Below are positions 13,918 through 26,415 of a stretch of DNA of 64,000 bases, one piece after another. The number at the start of each line of letters is the position of its first letter. Positions within the stretch are counted from its first letter, which is position 1. The stretch comes from Mobula hypostoma. Lineage: Eukaryota. The position numbers and the translations under genes are program-made. The DNA is taken from contig NC_086118.1 in NCBI RefSeq assembly GCF_963921235.1, positions 18,540,001-18,604,000 on the forward strand, read 5' to 3'. The notes beneath the pieces were generated by a model that did not search any database, was not told where the DNA came from, and saw only the letters and a program-made list of their open reading frames with translations.

Positions 13918-14112
13918 GCAACACACATCAACGTTGCTGGTGAATGCAGCAAGCCAGGCAGCATCTCTAGGAAGAGGTGCAGTTGACGTTTTGGGCCGAG
14001 ACCCTTCGTCAGGACTAACTGAAAGAAGAGCTAGTAAGAGATTTGAATACTAGCTCTTCTTTCAGTTAGTCCTGACGAAGGGTCTCGGCCCGAAACGTCG
14101 ACTGTACCTCTT
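13918..14112. mobile_element. Penelope-derived hairpin insertion (65-bp inverted arms)
   Basis: Arms 13972-14036 and 14048-14112 are near-perfect reverse complements around an 11-nt loop. The sequence matches the Penelope 3' repeat at ~31565-31680. Confidence 0.9.
14068..14103 (+). ncRNA. Minimal type-I hammerhead ribozyme (Penelope type), predicted
   Basis: AGTC|CTGACGA|A|GGGT-CTCG-GCCC|GAAA|CGTC|GACT: stem I AGTC/GACT, CUGANGA and GAAA core boxes, stem II hairpin, palindromic ACGU mini helix III and a GUC cleavage triplet. Confidence 0.75.
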
Positions 14113-15502
14113 GTACAGTTTGTCCTTCCAAAGTGTACCACCTCACACTTCTCCGGGTTGAACTCCATCTGCCACTTCTCAGCCCACTTCTGCATCCTAT
14201 CAATGTCTCTCCGCAACCTTCGACAATCCTCTACACTATCTATGATACCACCAACCTTTGTGTCGTCTGCAAACTTGCCAACCCACCCTTCTACCCCCAC
14301 ATCCCGGTCGTTAATAAAAATCACGAAAAGTAGAGGTCCCAGAACTGATCCTTGTGGGACACCACTAGTCACAACCCTCCAATCCGAATGTAACCCTTTG
14401 CTTTCTGCAGGCATGCCAATTCTGAACCCACCTGGCCAAACTTCCCTGGATCCCATGCCTTCTGACTTTCTGATTAAGGCTACCGTGTGGAACCTTGTCA
14501 AATGCCTGACTAAAATCCATGTGGATCACATCCACTGCACTATCCTCATCTATATGCCTGGTCACCTCCTCAAAGAACTCTATCAGGCTTGTTAGACACG
14601 ATCTGCCCTTCACAAAGCCATGCTGACTGCCCCTGATCAGACCATGAATTTCTAAATGCCCACAGATCCTATCGCTAAGAATCTTTTCCAACAGATTTCC
14701 CACCACAGACATAAGGCTCACTGGTCTATAATTACCTGGACTATTCTTGCTACCTTTTTTGAACAAGGGGACAACATTTGCCTCTGTCCAATCCTCCGGT
14801 ACCATACCTGTGGACAATGAGGACATAAAGGTCCTAGCCAGAGGCTCAGCAATCTCTTCCCTCACCTCGTGGAGCAGCCTGGGGAATATTCCGTCAGTCC
14901 CCGGGGACTTATCCATCCTAATGTATTTTAACAACTCCAACACCCCCTCTCCCTTAATATCAACATGCTCCAGAGCATCAATAGAACCATCTGATCCTTG
15001 CTTCCTAAACCTCATGTATATTGCCTTCTTCCACCTGACTAGATTTTGCACCTCACTTGTCACCCATGGTTCCTCCATCCTAACATTTTTTATCTTCCTC
15101 TCCGGGAGAAATTTATCCCTAACATCCTGCAAGACATCCCAAAACATCGTCCACATGTCCATAGTACATTTCCCTGCAAAAACGTCATCCTAATTCACAC
15201 ATGCAAGTTCTAGCCTTATAGCCTCATAATTTGCCCTTCCTCAATTGAAAATTTGCCTGTACTCTCTGATTCTATCCTTTTCCATGATAATGCTAAAGGC
15301 CAGGGAGCGGAGGTCACTGTCCCCCAGATGCTCACTCACTGAGAGATGTGTGATCTGACCCAGTTCGTTACCTAATACCAGATCTAGTATGACTATGACA
15401 GGAATCTGTCCTGGACAGTTAACAAACTCTGCCCCGTCTAAACCCTTGGAACTAATCAGGTGCCAATCAATTTAGGGAAGTTAAAGTCACCCATGATAAC
15501 AC

Positions 15503-15649
15503 AGAACATAGAACAGTACAGCACAGTACAGGCCCTTCAGCCCACATTGTTGTGCCAACCCTTAAACCCTGCCTCCCATATAACCCCCCCACCTTAAATT
15601 CCTCCAAATACCTGCAAGAGATCCCTAAACATCAACCACATGTCCATAT
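15503..15649 (-). mobile_element. Short CR1 3'-tail insertion joined to a small internal CR1 piece
   Basis: 15503-15614 matches the tail at 13397-13510. 15612-15648 matches 15126-15163. Confidence 0.7.
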
Positions 15650-17934
15650 AACTCTGTTATTTTTGCACCTTTCCAAAATCTGCCTCACAATCTTCCTTCA
15701 TGAATACTGAATACTTGTGTATGTTTATATCCTACCCTTGGTCACTCTGCTCTGTAATAGCAATAAATTCAGAACTGTTTATACCGACTGCACCGTTAAT
15801 TTATTCACCTTGCTCTGAATGCTCCACGTATTAAGTCACGATACCTTTGTGTTTGTCTTTTTATTAGTTTAAAACCTCATTTTGTTTATACTTTAGCCAT
15901 ATTTGCTTTTCACTCTGGTTTTCCCTACCTTCCATTTTTCCTTCTTCCTTTGCTGTCACTTATTTCTTACCCAATTTCCCCTTTTTCCTTATCCCTGCTC
16001 AATTTCCTAAGCCTCTACCATCCTTATTTAAACCCTCCTGTATAACCGTCGTAAATATCTCAATATCAGAGTGTCAGGGCCAAAGGCAAGGGATGAGATG
16101 ATTCAGTTCACTGTTCCATGACGTTTACTCGGCTCTATGCTAAACTGAGCTTGTAGACTGAAACTTCAGTTCTGAATGCTATTTGCTTAGTTTATATTGT
16201 TTGCATAATTTTTTTTTCCTCTCAGCAAATTGGGTGTTTGACAGTCTTTTTTTTTAATGAGTTCTTTCGGGTTTTTCTGTTTTATGGCTGCTTGTAAGGA
16301 GACAAATCTCAAGATTGTATGATGTATACATACATACTTTGATAATAAATGTACTTTGAGCTTAAATATCCCAAATGAGGTCATTGGTCCCTGTCCTGCC
16401 CTGGTGTAACCTACAGTGTTTATACTGGTGCCACCTTTCCCAGAGCCTGTCCCATTGTCTCAGAAATCTGAATCTCCCCAGTACATCATCTCCACAGATG
16501 CATATTCATTCAAGATACCTTTCTATTTCTGATTTTGCTTGTGAATTGATTCAAATAAGAGGATATTTTGAAGTCTCTCAACCTGACTTTCCTTTGAGTA
16601 TACACTTGCAGCAATAAAATTAATATGGAATCAGCACTATTCTCTCATATACAGTACACAGTGATAACAGATATTGATAAAAGTATTTTGTGCATCATTC
16701 ATGTTTGTCTTTATTACTATAATGATTTTTTTCCCTTGTCAATTTGTTGAGGTTGCATATTGTGACACCACAAATTCCTGGACAGAACAGAAATGATTGT
16801 GTCATTTCAAACTTTGCCACCACACCAGTGATTGATTTTTCTCATATAATTTATGTTTAAAACCTACCATTCACTCTCTGGAGAATTATATATACAGTAC
16901 TACTGGTTATTTTTCATCAATGAATTCAAAGACTCTATTAAATCAAAATAGTGATTTCTAATCCTGCGCTCAATTAATTACTGATATTGTAGTGTTGATA
17001 TTCACAGTTGTTCTGTGTATAGCTTCCTCCCTGCTTCTTTAAAGGTTTGGTGTGATTCATTTTGTTCTAGTTTCTGTTCTGGCTTGACAGTTCTCAGATC
17101 AATTCCCACTCTGGAAACTTAGAACACAATAATAAGCATCAATTATACTGGTTAGTTAACCGTAGCCAATATATTGGTGATGGAATGATGACTTCTAAAC
17201 AAGAGCAATCTCCAAATGAAACAAAACAAGGATTATCCTGGCTGCTCTGTTAATATGGATGGATATTAAACATTCAACAGAACTCAACAAACAATAAGGA
17301 TATCTCCTGACATATTGGTGAAACTCACTCCTTCAATGAAATGTCATCAAACTGGATGAACTGGCCATTAATTGCATGCTATCTGTGTGATCTTGTGTAC
17401 AAAACAACTGCAGACATACCCTACATGATAATAGTCACTGACTTCTAAAATAATTAATAGCAATTAAGGTTGAATCCTGCACCTCAGAATTCAGAAAAAT
17501 GAGAAATGATTTGATTGACATGTGCAGATCGGGACAGGGATTGATAAGATGTGCTAAAGAATAGTTCCCATTACCTCGAGAGCCAGGAACCTTGGAGCAC
17601 GATAAGGGGCCAGTACATCTAAAACTGGGAGGAGGAGAAATTCTTTAAGCAGAAGTTTAGTACTTTAGTATTCCTTTAGCATTTTCTTAAGTGGATTGTA
17701 AATACAAAATTGTCTATATTCGAGGGCAGTGTAAAAATATGTTCCGGACACTAAAGCATTCAGAATAAACAGATCTGAGGGATAGTTGTACTTGGGGCAC
17801 AGTGTGAGTCATGATCTTACAAGCTGGCAAAGCAAACTTCAGAATCTGTATGGCCAATACCAGCTTCTGTTTCTTATTTTCTTAACATGTGTAAATTGCA
17901 TGAAGATGTTATAATAGAAAGGATAAAAGGAGGG

Positions 17935-18585
17935 AGGATAAGATGGCGGCGCGACGCAGCGCGCATGGCCGTTCCGAATGAATATCGATTATTTGTAACT
18001 AGGGAGCTGTGCACAATCTGGATTTGATGGAGACAGCTGTGAGAAGCGCAGAGGAACATCTGGAGAAACTTCTGAAATGCCCGCTTCGCTGCCGCTGCTA
18101 CTGTGCGATCGAGAATCTCCGGAGACGAAGGCCCCAAATCCTTGGCTTTGCGTATCGCCTGTTGCCAGAGCTGGGGTCGAAGCACTCGGCAGAGATGGTG
18201 CTCGGTGCTCGGTGTCGAAAAGGTGGTCGGAGGCTCGGAGTTTTCGGACGGACTCGGAGTCGGACTGTGGTCAGATGCTTCTAGGATGCTGCATCAGCAA
18301 GTTTCCGGTGCTGGAGTTTTACCATCTGTGTGAGATGATGGGACTTTCGAGAGACTTTGAGACTTTTACTGTGCCATGGTCTGTTCTGTTCTTATCAAAT
18401 TACGGTATTGCTTTGTATTGTTGCAACTATATGTTATAATTATGTGGTTTTAGTTAATTTTTAAGTCAGTTTGTCATGTGTTTTCGTGATATCATTCTGG
18501 AAAAACATTGTATCATTTCTTAATGCATGCATTACTAAATGACAATAAAAGGGGACTGTGTGTCCTCATAATCATAATCATAATT
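17935..18585 (+). mobile_element. CpG-rich non-autonomous retroelement, probably Rex1-associated
   Basis: Starts AAGATGGCGGCGCG (similar to the 5' end at ~2432) and ends AATAAA...(CATAAT)3. No recognisable protein. Confidence 0.55.
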
Positions 18586-19499
18586 CGATGTCACAAACTC
18601 AAGTTATTCATTCCTCTAGGATCCCAACACATTATTTTTAAATAGCAAAACTGTGGTGGGGGGAGGGGGGGTAATGTGATACTCTGGCCACAGTAATATG
18701 TTTCAGTTCTAATTCTCCCCTGATTGTTATTGATAAGATTTTTAATTGTATGGATGGCCATACTGATTGAGAAATCAAAAGGGTTTGCAGAAAGGGGCAT
18801 CAAACAGATCATTTAGTTCATTGTACCCTGTCTCTGAAACTAATTTCACTGAAGTTAATGGAAATGAATTTTGGAGGGGAAATATGTCACACTGACACAA
18901 TTACGTAATGTACTTAACAGGAATGGATTTGAGTTGTTTTCCTCTTTTTGTGTTCCTTTTTACAACCTATTTACAGCTGGAATAAAAATTGTTGATACCA
19001 ACATGATTCTTCTGTAAAATTATATTATTATTTATGAGACTATAGAAGCAGCAGAAGTCAGAAGGTATATAATTTAGCACATAGTATTTGCATTGAGTAC
19101 TCTTGACTGCAATCTTTTCCTAATCCACACAATCTAACTCTGCCTTTCATTTAATTCAACAATGATCTATTCACAAGAAGAAACTGCATACAGACAACAG
19201 GAACGCTCAGGGAAAAAGATACTTAAAATGTCTAAGCAAAATAAAAGCCTCACAGATTCCAAACCTTTTGTTGAGAGAATGTTGTTAATTAAATGGAGAG
19301 GTAAGTCAGCACTCAAATTTCAGAAACGTTCACAAGTAGCATTCATAAAAATAACAAAATTTGGTAATATAGAGAAGAGGATAGTATAGAAGTAATAAGA
19401 CTGATTTGCATCTGTTTTTATTATAACTTGTGCACCTTGTGCATGGGATCCAGATTCTAATTGGTTACGTGTAGGTGACAAAGGGGGTTCCATTAAATA

Positions 19500-20400
19500 T
19501 ATTAAAGAGGTCAATAAAGAAAAGACTACTGAGTGTGAATTAATTCCATACTGTTGAAGAAGTGGCAGATGTAATGGATAATTTCTTACTAGTTTGCTGG
19601 AAAATACTGTTATGCCAGTGCCTTAGTGGAAGGCATGTTTTATTCTCTCTCTCCACCCACCTACTCAGGAAGAGAATTAATGCCAAATCATGGGGATTTT
19701 GCATCAATGATGTGCACCAGACTTTGCTGGGAAAGGTAATGGAGGGTACTGTAAGAGATACTGTTAGTAAGTACTTAGAACACATTGGAATTATAGTATA
19801 TAGCACCCAAAATGACTTCAAAAATCAAAGCAACACACATCAAAGTTGCTGGTGAATTCCTGTTATTTGCGTCAAAAATCAAAGGGTAGGTTTAGCAAAC
19901 CTGAGCAGTTTATTGAAAAAATAAATTAAAACTTGTGATTAAGCAATCATAGTAGGCATTTGACTTTCCAAAGGACTTTAGATAAAATGCCAGAGAGAGG
20001 TTTGCTTATGAATTCAAGATTCATAAGGGGAAGAAAAAGAATTTAAAAATTGGCCTGAGCAAAGGATGGCCTTAAATGGAATAACCCACCCAGTGGAATC
20101 TGACAAAGAATAAGATACTTCACATTCCCTTTGTTCATTGAAGTCATTAAGTATAGATATAAATTCCTTATGCAAAACGTTTCCAAGGGTACAGATAGAG
20201 GAAAGCAAAGTAGGGAAATTGAAGGTAAATGGAAATAATGGGAACATAGGGCTATAACCAAGGTATTTCTCTTATCCAGATAATTACACAGGTACACATG
20301 TAGGATATAAGGTATAACTTATGCCTTTACAGAGATGGCATAAGTTTATGGTAAGGGATAAAATGTCTTGAGATTTAGAGGGGATTGATATGGTGCTAGT
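19500..20400 (+). mobile_element. Very old CR1 remnant
   Basis: Degenerate LLGKVME, DFPKDF-DKMP and related RT-like motifs. Confidence 0.5.
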
Positions 20401-21666
20401 TATGAGAACTGTTTTGTCCTAAATGTTGTCAAGTTTCTTATTTGATTTTGAAATAAGGTTCGAAATGTGTCTCTTGTTAAAGGTAGTTGGGGTTTTTCAG
20501 CTGTGCATGGCGCAAAGGTTACAGACTGCTGTGTCCTCGGCGCACCTAGCTGGATACTTTCTGCATGGTAAGTGGTAAGTGAATCAGTTTGGTCAGTCAT
20601 CCACGTCTGTCCCAGGGTAACTGGTGACAATAATGCGATAAAGGAAGTGAAGGTCAAGGCTGAAGCTGGAGAAGTGCAGAGGTCAGACAGCAGACAGACA
20701 AGAGGACTTTGTGAATAAAGGCAGCAGAATTTGAAAGCACCCAGAATTTTAAATCACACACTTACTGTATAGGAAGCATTTTTCATCAATCATACAAATG
20801 AGATTAGAATTCAATTATTGTTTAATAGTGCAGTTAACATAGTAGTTAACTTACATCTTTTTAAATATTCTCAATAGACCTAATTGCTGATGTTAACAGA
20901 AGAGCTCAAAATTGTATAACTGAGCGATGGTAGGTAGGAAAAGTGCAGTGGAGAGAGAACCAAACACACATCCAACTTGGCTGCCCATTGTTTCTGTCAA
21001 TATTGTTGTTATAAAGTCATAATACCATAGAGTCATACAGTACAGAAAAAAGTCCTTTGGCCCAGACGGTCAATGCCAACCATGAAGTACCCTTCTGCAC
21101 TAGTCCCATGTAATAGCACTTAGTCAGTGGTCTAAGCTTTTGCAATTCAAGTGCTTATATTGACATTTCTTCAATACTGTGAGAGTCTCAGCTTCTCAGT
21201 TTGGCAGTTTGTTCCAGATTCCAAACATACCCTTCGCAGAGCGAAAAGGTTCTTCAGATCCCTTCCAAATGTCCTCAACCTTATCTTAAACTTGTGCCTT
21301 CTAGTTTTGGAAGCCATTCCAATGGGAAATGTTTCCTATTTACTGTTTGTCCTTCATAATTATATAAATTAAGTACTGCAAACTAATCTCCACAAGCTCC
21401 TGATGAAATATAGTCCTTACTCAGTTTCTCTTTACTCACTAATAAGGAGAGACTGAATTGGCTGCTTATTTTCCTTGGAGCAGAGGAGGCTTGGGAGATT
21501 TGTCGTATAGAGTTTTATATATCAGTCCCCAAATGACCGATCTCTTAAATTGAAATTATGATCATTGTTACTGAACAGCAAGGCATCTAGCTCATTAAAC
21601 TAAAAAAAAATCTATCTGATTCAATGAGATCATCCCTGAACTCAAGAGAGTGATGGATGACTCTCT

Positions 21667-21740
21667 TCACAGGACAAACTCGACCATCCCAGGAGACAAT
21701 TTCTCCTCACAGGACAAACTCGACCATCCCAGGAGACAAT
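21667..21740. repeat. Tandem duplication with 40-bp period
   Basis: TCACAGGACAAACTCGACCATCCCAGGAGACAAT at 21667-21700 and 21707-21740. Confidence 0.95.
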
Positions 21741-22138
21741 CTGGTAAACCTTCATTGCATTCTCTCTATTGCAAGTAAGGATTAGCTATTAAATGTTAGG
21801 CTGATGAAATGAAACTATATGATGGGATTTTAGATATTTCAGTATTTTACTGATATGAACTTCTTGGCGACATGGAAACTGACAAAACTTCCAATGGAGT
21901 AAATCCATTTTGTATATCAATGATAGAAATTCATCACAGAAGTTAAGATTTTGCACAACGTGTTTGTCATAGTAATACTTTTGAGTAAAGGTGGTTCTAT
22001 ATTTTAGAGGAAATTTTTGATGAACAATACAGTTTCTGAATTTAGTTAGAGATGGAGCAAACATTGGGATACTGCTATTGACTTTCACTATATTGACTTA
22101 CCGATCACTTCAGATACAAACGTATGTTTGGAAAGTAA

Positions 22139-22274
22139 TCAACACAAGCGATTCCACAGTTGCTGGAAATCCAGAGCAACACACACAAAATTCTGGAGGA
22201 ACAAAGCAAGTGAGGCTGCATCTATGGACATGGTCAATGTTTTGGGCCGAGACCCTTCATCAGGACCGATGAAG
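22139..22274 (-). mobile_element. Penelope-derived short element with 14-bp TSD
   Basis: TGTTTGGAAAGTAA at 22125-22138 and 22275-22288. Contains the reverse complement of CTGATGAAGGGTCTCGGCCCAAAAC and ends in a short inverted CTTCATC...GATGAAG. Confidence 0.85.
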
Positions 22275-23559
22275 TGTTTGGAAAGTAAGTAGCTTATATT
22301 GTTAAGAAAGTTCATTTATTAGCTACACTGGATTATTTCACCTTTTCTTTTGTTCTACTATTTTCTTCTGGCCTTTCCAATTGTAACCTCAGATGATCTT
22401 CTTCACTGTTTTCTGTGCCACTAATTTTGGGATCAATTTTCAAACTTACTAATCAATCCACCTACGGTCTCATCCATATACATGACAAGCAACAGAGGTG
22501 CTAAGCTCTGCAGCACACCACTGGTCAAAAGCTGCAGAAGGACTTTTGAATCGAATTGGTTAGCTCATGCTGGATCTGAGGCAGTGGAGATTTGGAATGA
22601 GCTGCTAGGGGTTGTAGTATAGACAGGCACAATTACAATGTTAACAGACATTTACATACATATATGGATAAGAAACTTTAAAGTAATGTGGGAAAATAGA
22701 ACCAGCTCATGTAGACAACTTGGTTGGCATGAACAAGGTGGACTGTAGGACCTAGTTCCTGCTGCAGAACTCTATGACTCTATCCTCTATGCTTTAAAGC
22801 TCTGAGCCCAGCCACCATTCAGGATCCTGTCAAAGGATTTGGCTATTAACTTCTTTACCACATAGCAGACAAGGGATCTAGCTTTCTGCCTAATTCTCAG
22901 CAGTGAATGTCGAGAGCATATTCCAAACTCAGAACTGATGAGCGGACAAGTTAAGTCTATAAGTACATGTAAAAGAGATCTGTACTCTCAGTATGTAGCT
23001 CAAGTAGGTTGGTCTTGTCCCTGAAGAAATTTTTTATTGATTCATAGGATTAAGGACTATGCTCTATATTTATATAAATGCGACAGTACCTAGTTTTTTT
23101 TTTCCTATATAAAAAGAAACCCATTTATGGTTATAAAAGTGTAGAGTTAATTTTTTTCTATTCTGTATTTCACTCATCTATGCAGCATGAACTTGGGACT
23201 GGAAATTCAGCCATTCATTTAGCAGTTTCTTCAATCCCAAACTATGTTCCCAGTATGAAACGAAGATAACGTGCACGCATTTCCTTTTGAAATGTGCCAT
23301 CTGCTATATTAGATAAGGAACGTGTATAGGCGGCAGGATCACAAGTCAGAAAATATTAAATGGAAAAATTACAACTGTCCTGCTAGTTTAGTAAATCCAT
23401 TTTTCAGTTGATCCAGTGTTTACTCTCTGAACTGAACTCAGGCAACATATGACGTTAATGGCAGGAGGACCTCTCTGTCTATACCTTTCTGAACGGGAAA
23501 CTGAAATTTCTGCAGCAGTAATGAATTTAGTAGTTTCATTGTGATGACTGCTAGTTGAT

Positions 23560-24190
23560 CCATACCTGCATTCGTGGTACTCCTAAGTTTACCAGGCCTT
23601 CTGGCAGTCAGGTGGCTGGCACAGCAGGTACATAGCAGGATTCAGCTACCCTGTTGCAATGAGGAAGTCAGTGACGTTGTCAGAGCAAAGAAAATTGAGT
23701 GGAGATTTTATGAAGGTCTAACAGCGTGGCTGGAGACACCTATAAGTAGTGCATCTGGCTGCAGCTCCTTACAGGCTGTGTTAGGGAAAGAAAGCTGGAA
23801 CTGGATGATTTACAGTTCGTTGAGAGGGAAGAGGAGGGGATAGCTATGAGCCACAGGGAGGTAGTCACCCCTAAGTTGCAGCAGGCAGGTAGCGGGGCCA
23901 ACTGTCAGGAAAGATGAATGGAAAAGTCAGACTGTTCCCCTCAACTTACAAATATACTGTTTTGGAGATTGTTGGGGGAGACAACTCACCAGGGGGAAGC
24001 CTCAGTGACCAGGTTTCTGGCACTGAATCTGGCTCTGCGGCTCAGAAGGGCATGGGGAAGAAAAGGAGACCAGTGATGATAGGGATCCAGTAGATAAGGG
24101 AACAGAAGCAGACAGGAGATTCCACATACGTGAAACAGACTCCTGGCTGGTATGTTGCCCCGCCCCACCCAGGGTCAGGAATGTTAGATA
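23560..24190 (+). mobile_element. Decayed CR1 ORF1 (esterase-type) fragment
   Basis: Degenerate VMIG-(DS)...GT-DRRF...LVCC-P-G-R motifs near 24070-24180. Confidence 0.55.
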
Positions 24191-25074
24191 TTGGAGCAGT
24201 TAATATAAAAGTAGATGCAATGTGCTGTGAGACTGAAGAAAGATAGGCAGTGGATAGTGTATAAATGCAGTCCACTGGATGGGCTGAAGTGTGTTTAATT
24301 TAATCTGAGAAGCATTAGGACCAAGGGTGGTGAACTTCGTGCACAGATCAGTGCATGGAAATACGATAGAACATAGAAAACAGAATAGTACAATATAGTA
24401 CAGGCTCTTTGGCCCATGATGTTGTGCTGACTTTCTAACCTACTCCAAGATCAATCTAACACTTCTTTCCCACATAGTACTTTACTTTCATCCATGTCCC
24501 AATCTAATAGCCTTTTAAAGGTCTAATGTATCTGCCTCTACCAACACCCCTGGCAGCTCATTCCATGTACACACCATTCTCTGTGTAGGAAACCTATTTC
24601 TGACATGTGCCCTGATATACTTCCATCCAATCTCCATAAAATTATGCCTTTTTGTATTAAATATTTCTGCCCTGTGAAAAAGCCACAGGGAGTCCACTCT
24701 ACGAATGCCTCTTATCATTTAATACACAACTATAGTCACCTCTCATCCTCCTTCCCTTGAAAGAGAAAAGTCCTAGCTCATTCAGCCTTTCCTCATAAAA
24801 TATGCTCTCTTATCCAGGCAACATCCTGGTGAATCTCCTTTGCACCCTCTCTAAGGCTTAAGCATCCTATCTATAATGAGGTAACCAGAACTGAACACAT
24901 GATGTTGTGGCTATTACGGAGGCTTGGCTGTCACAAAGTCAGGAATGGCTGCCGGATGTTCCAGGGCTTAAGTGTTTCACAAGGGGCAACGAGAGAGGTA
25001 ATAGAGGAGAGGGAGCGGTTTGCTTCTCAGAGATAGTACCACAGTTGCTATGATAGTATCATACTAGGACATCA

Positions 25075-26415
25075 TTGTAGGCATTTGATAATGTACCCCA
25101 TGCAAGGCTTATTGAGAAGGTAAGGAGGCATGGGATCCATGGGGACATTGCTTTGTGGATCCAGAACTGGCTTGCCCACAGAAGACAAAGGGTCATTGTA
25201 GACAGGTCATATTCTGCATGGAGGTCGGTCACCAGTGTTGTGCCTCAGGGATCTGCTCTGGGACCCCTACTCTTCGTGATTTTTTTAAATGACTTGGATG
25301 AGGAAGTGAAGGGATGGGTTAGTAAATTTGCTGCTGATGACACAAAGATTGGGGGTGTTGTGGATAGTGTGGAGGGCTGACAGAGGTAATAGAGGGACAT
25401 TGATAGGATGCAAAACTGGGCTGAGAAGTGGCAGATGGAGTTCAACCCAGATAGTGTGAGGTGATTCATTTTGGTAGGTCAAATATGATGGCAGAATATA
25501 GCATTAATGGCAAGACATCTGGCAGTGTGGAGGATCAGAGGGATTTTGGGGTCCAAGTCCATAGGACACTCAAAGCTGCTATGCAGGTTGACTATGTGGT
25601 TAAGAAGGCACAAACACGAGGAAATCTGCAGATGCTGGAATTTCAAGCAACACACATAAATGTTGCTGGTGAACACAGCAGGCCAGCCAGCATCTCTAGG
25701 AAGAGGTACAGTCGACTGTACCTCTTCCTAGAGATGCTGCCTGGCCTGTTGCGTTCACCAGCCACTTTTATGTGTGTTGGTTAAGAAGGCATACGGTGCA
25801 TTGACCTTCATCAATTGTGGTATGAGTTTAGGAGCAGAGGGGTAATGTTGCCGCTATATAGGACCCTGGTCAGACCCCACTTGGAGTACTGTGCTCAGTT
25901 CTGTTCACCTCACTACAGGAAGGATGTGGAAACCATAAAAAGGGTGCAGAGGAGATTTACAAGGATGTTGCCTGGATTGGGGTGCATGCCTTATGAGAAT
26001 AGGTTGAGTGAACTCAGCCTTTTCTCCTTGGAGTGACGGAGGATAAGAGGTGACCTGATAGAGGCGTACAAGATAATGAGAGGCATCGATCGTGTGGATA
26101 GTTGGAGGCTTTTTGCCAGGGCTGAAATGGCTATCACGAGAGGGTGCAGTTTTAAGATGCTTGGAAGTAAGTACAGAGGAGATGTCAGGGGTAAGTTTTT
26201 TTACGCAGAGAGTGGTGAGTGTGTGGAAAGGGCTGCCGGCAGCGGTGGTGGAGGTGGAAACGAAAGGATCTTTTAAGATACTCTTGGATGGGTACATGGA
26301 GCGTAGAAAAATAGAGGGCTATGGGTAAGCCGAAGCAGTTCTAAGGTAAGGACATGTTCGGCACAGCTTTGTGGGCCGAAAGGCCTGTATAGTGCTATAG
26401 GTTTTCTGTTTCTAT
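25075..26415 (+). mobile_element. CR1 LINE RT-to-tail fragment nested in the rearranged CR1
   Basis: VPQGSALGPLLF, KFAADDTK, LVRPHLEYCAQF and FFTQRVVSVW motifs plus tail. Confidence 0.9.
25611..25777. mobile_element. Palindromic Penelope-derived insertion with TSD
   Basis: TSD TGGTTAAGAAGGCA at 25597-25610 and 25778-25791. Inverted arms of ~65 bp with no loop are centred on GTC|GAC (25713/25714). Confidence 0.92.

Larger units (their letters stand above)
13397..15700 (-). mobile_element. Relatively young CR1 LINE, ORF2 with internal deletions
   Basis: ORFs 14365..15162, 14031..14501 and 13459..13926 have KSPGTDG, NYRPVSL, GVPQGSVLGPLLF, KFADDTK and FFTQRVVGAWN. A CATAGAA repeat tail is at 13397. 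Confidence 0.92.

Noticed and set aside
14747..15193. Long plus-strand ORFs (also 14158..14595 and 25905..26297)
   Set aside because: They are antisense shadows of CR1 ORF2.
17935..18300. CpG-island promoter of a host gene
   Set aside because: It runs into a retroelement-type 3' end with AATAAA and (CATAAT)n, so a young repeat is the better explanation.
21667..21740. CRISPR-like repeat
   Set aside because: Only two units with a 6-bp gap, in a eukaryotic context with no cas genes.
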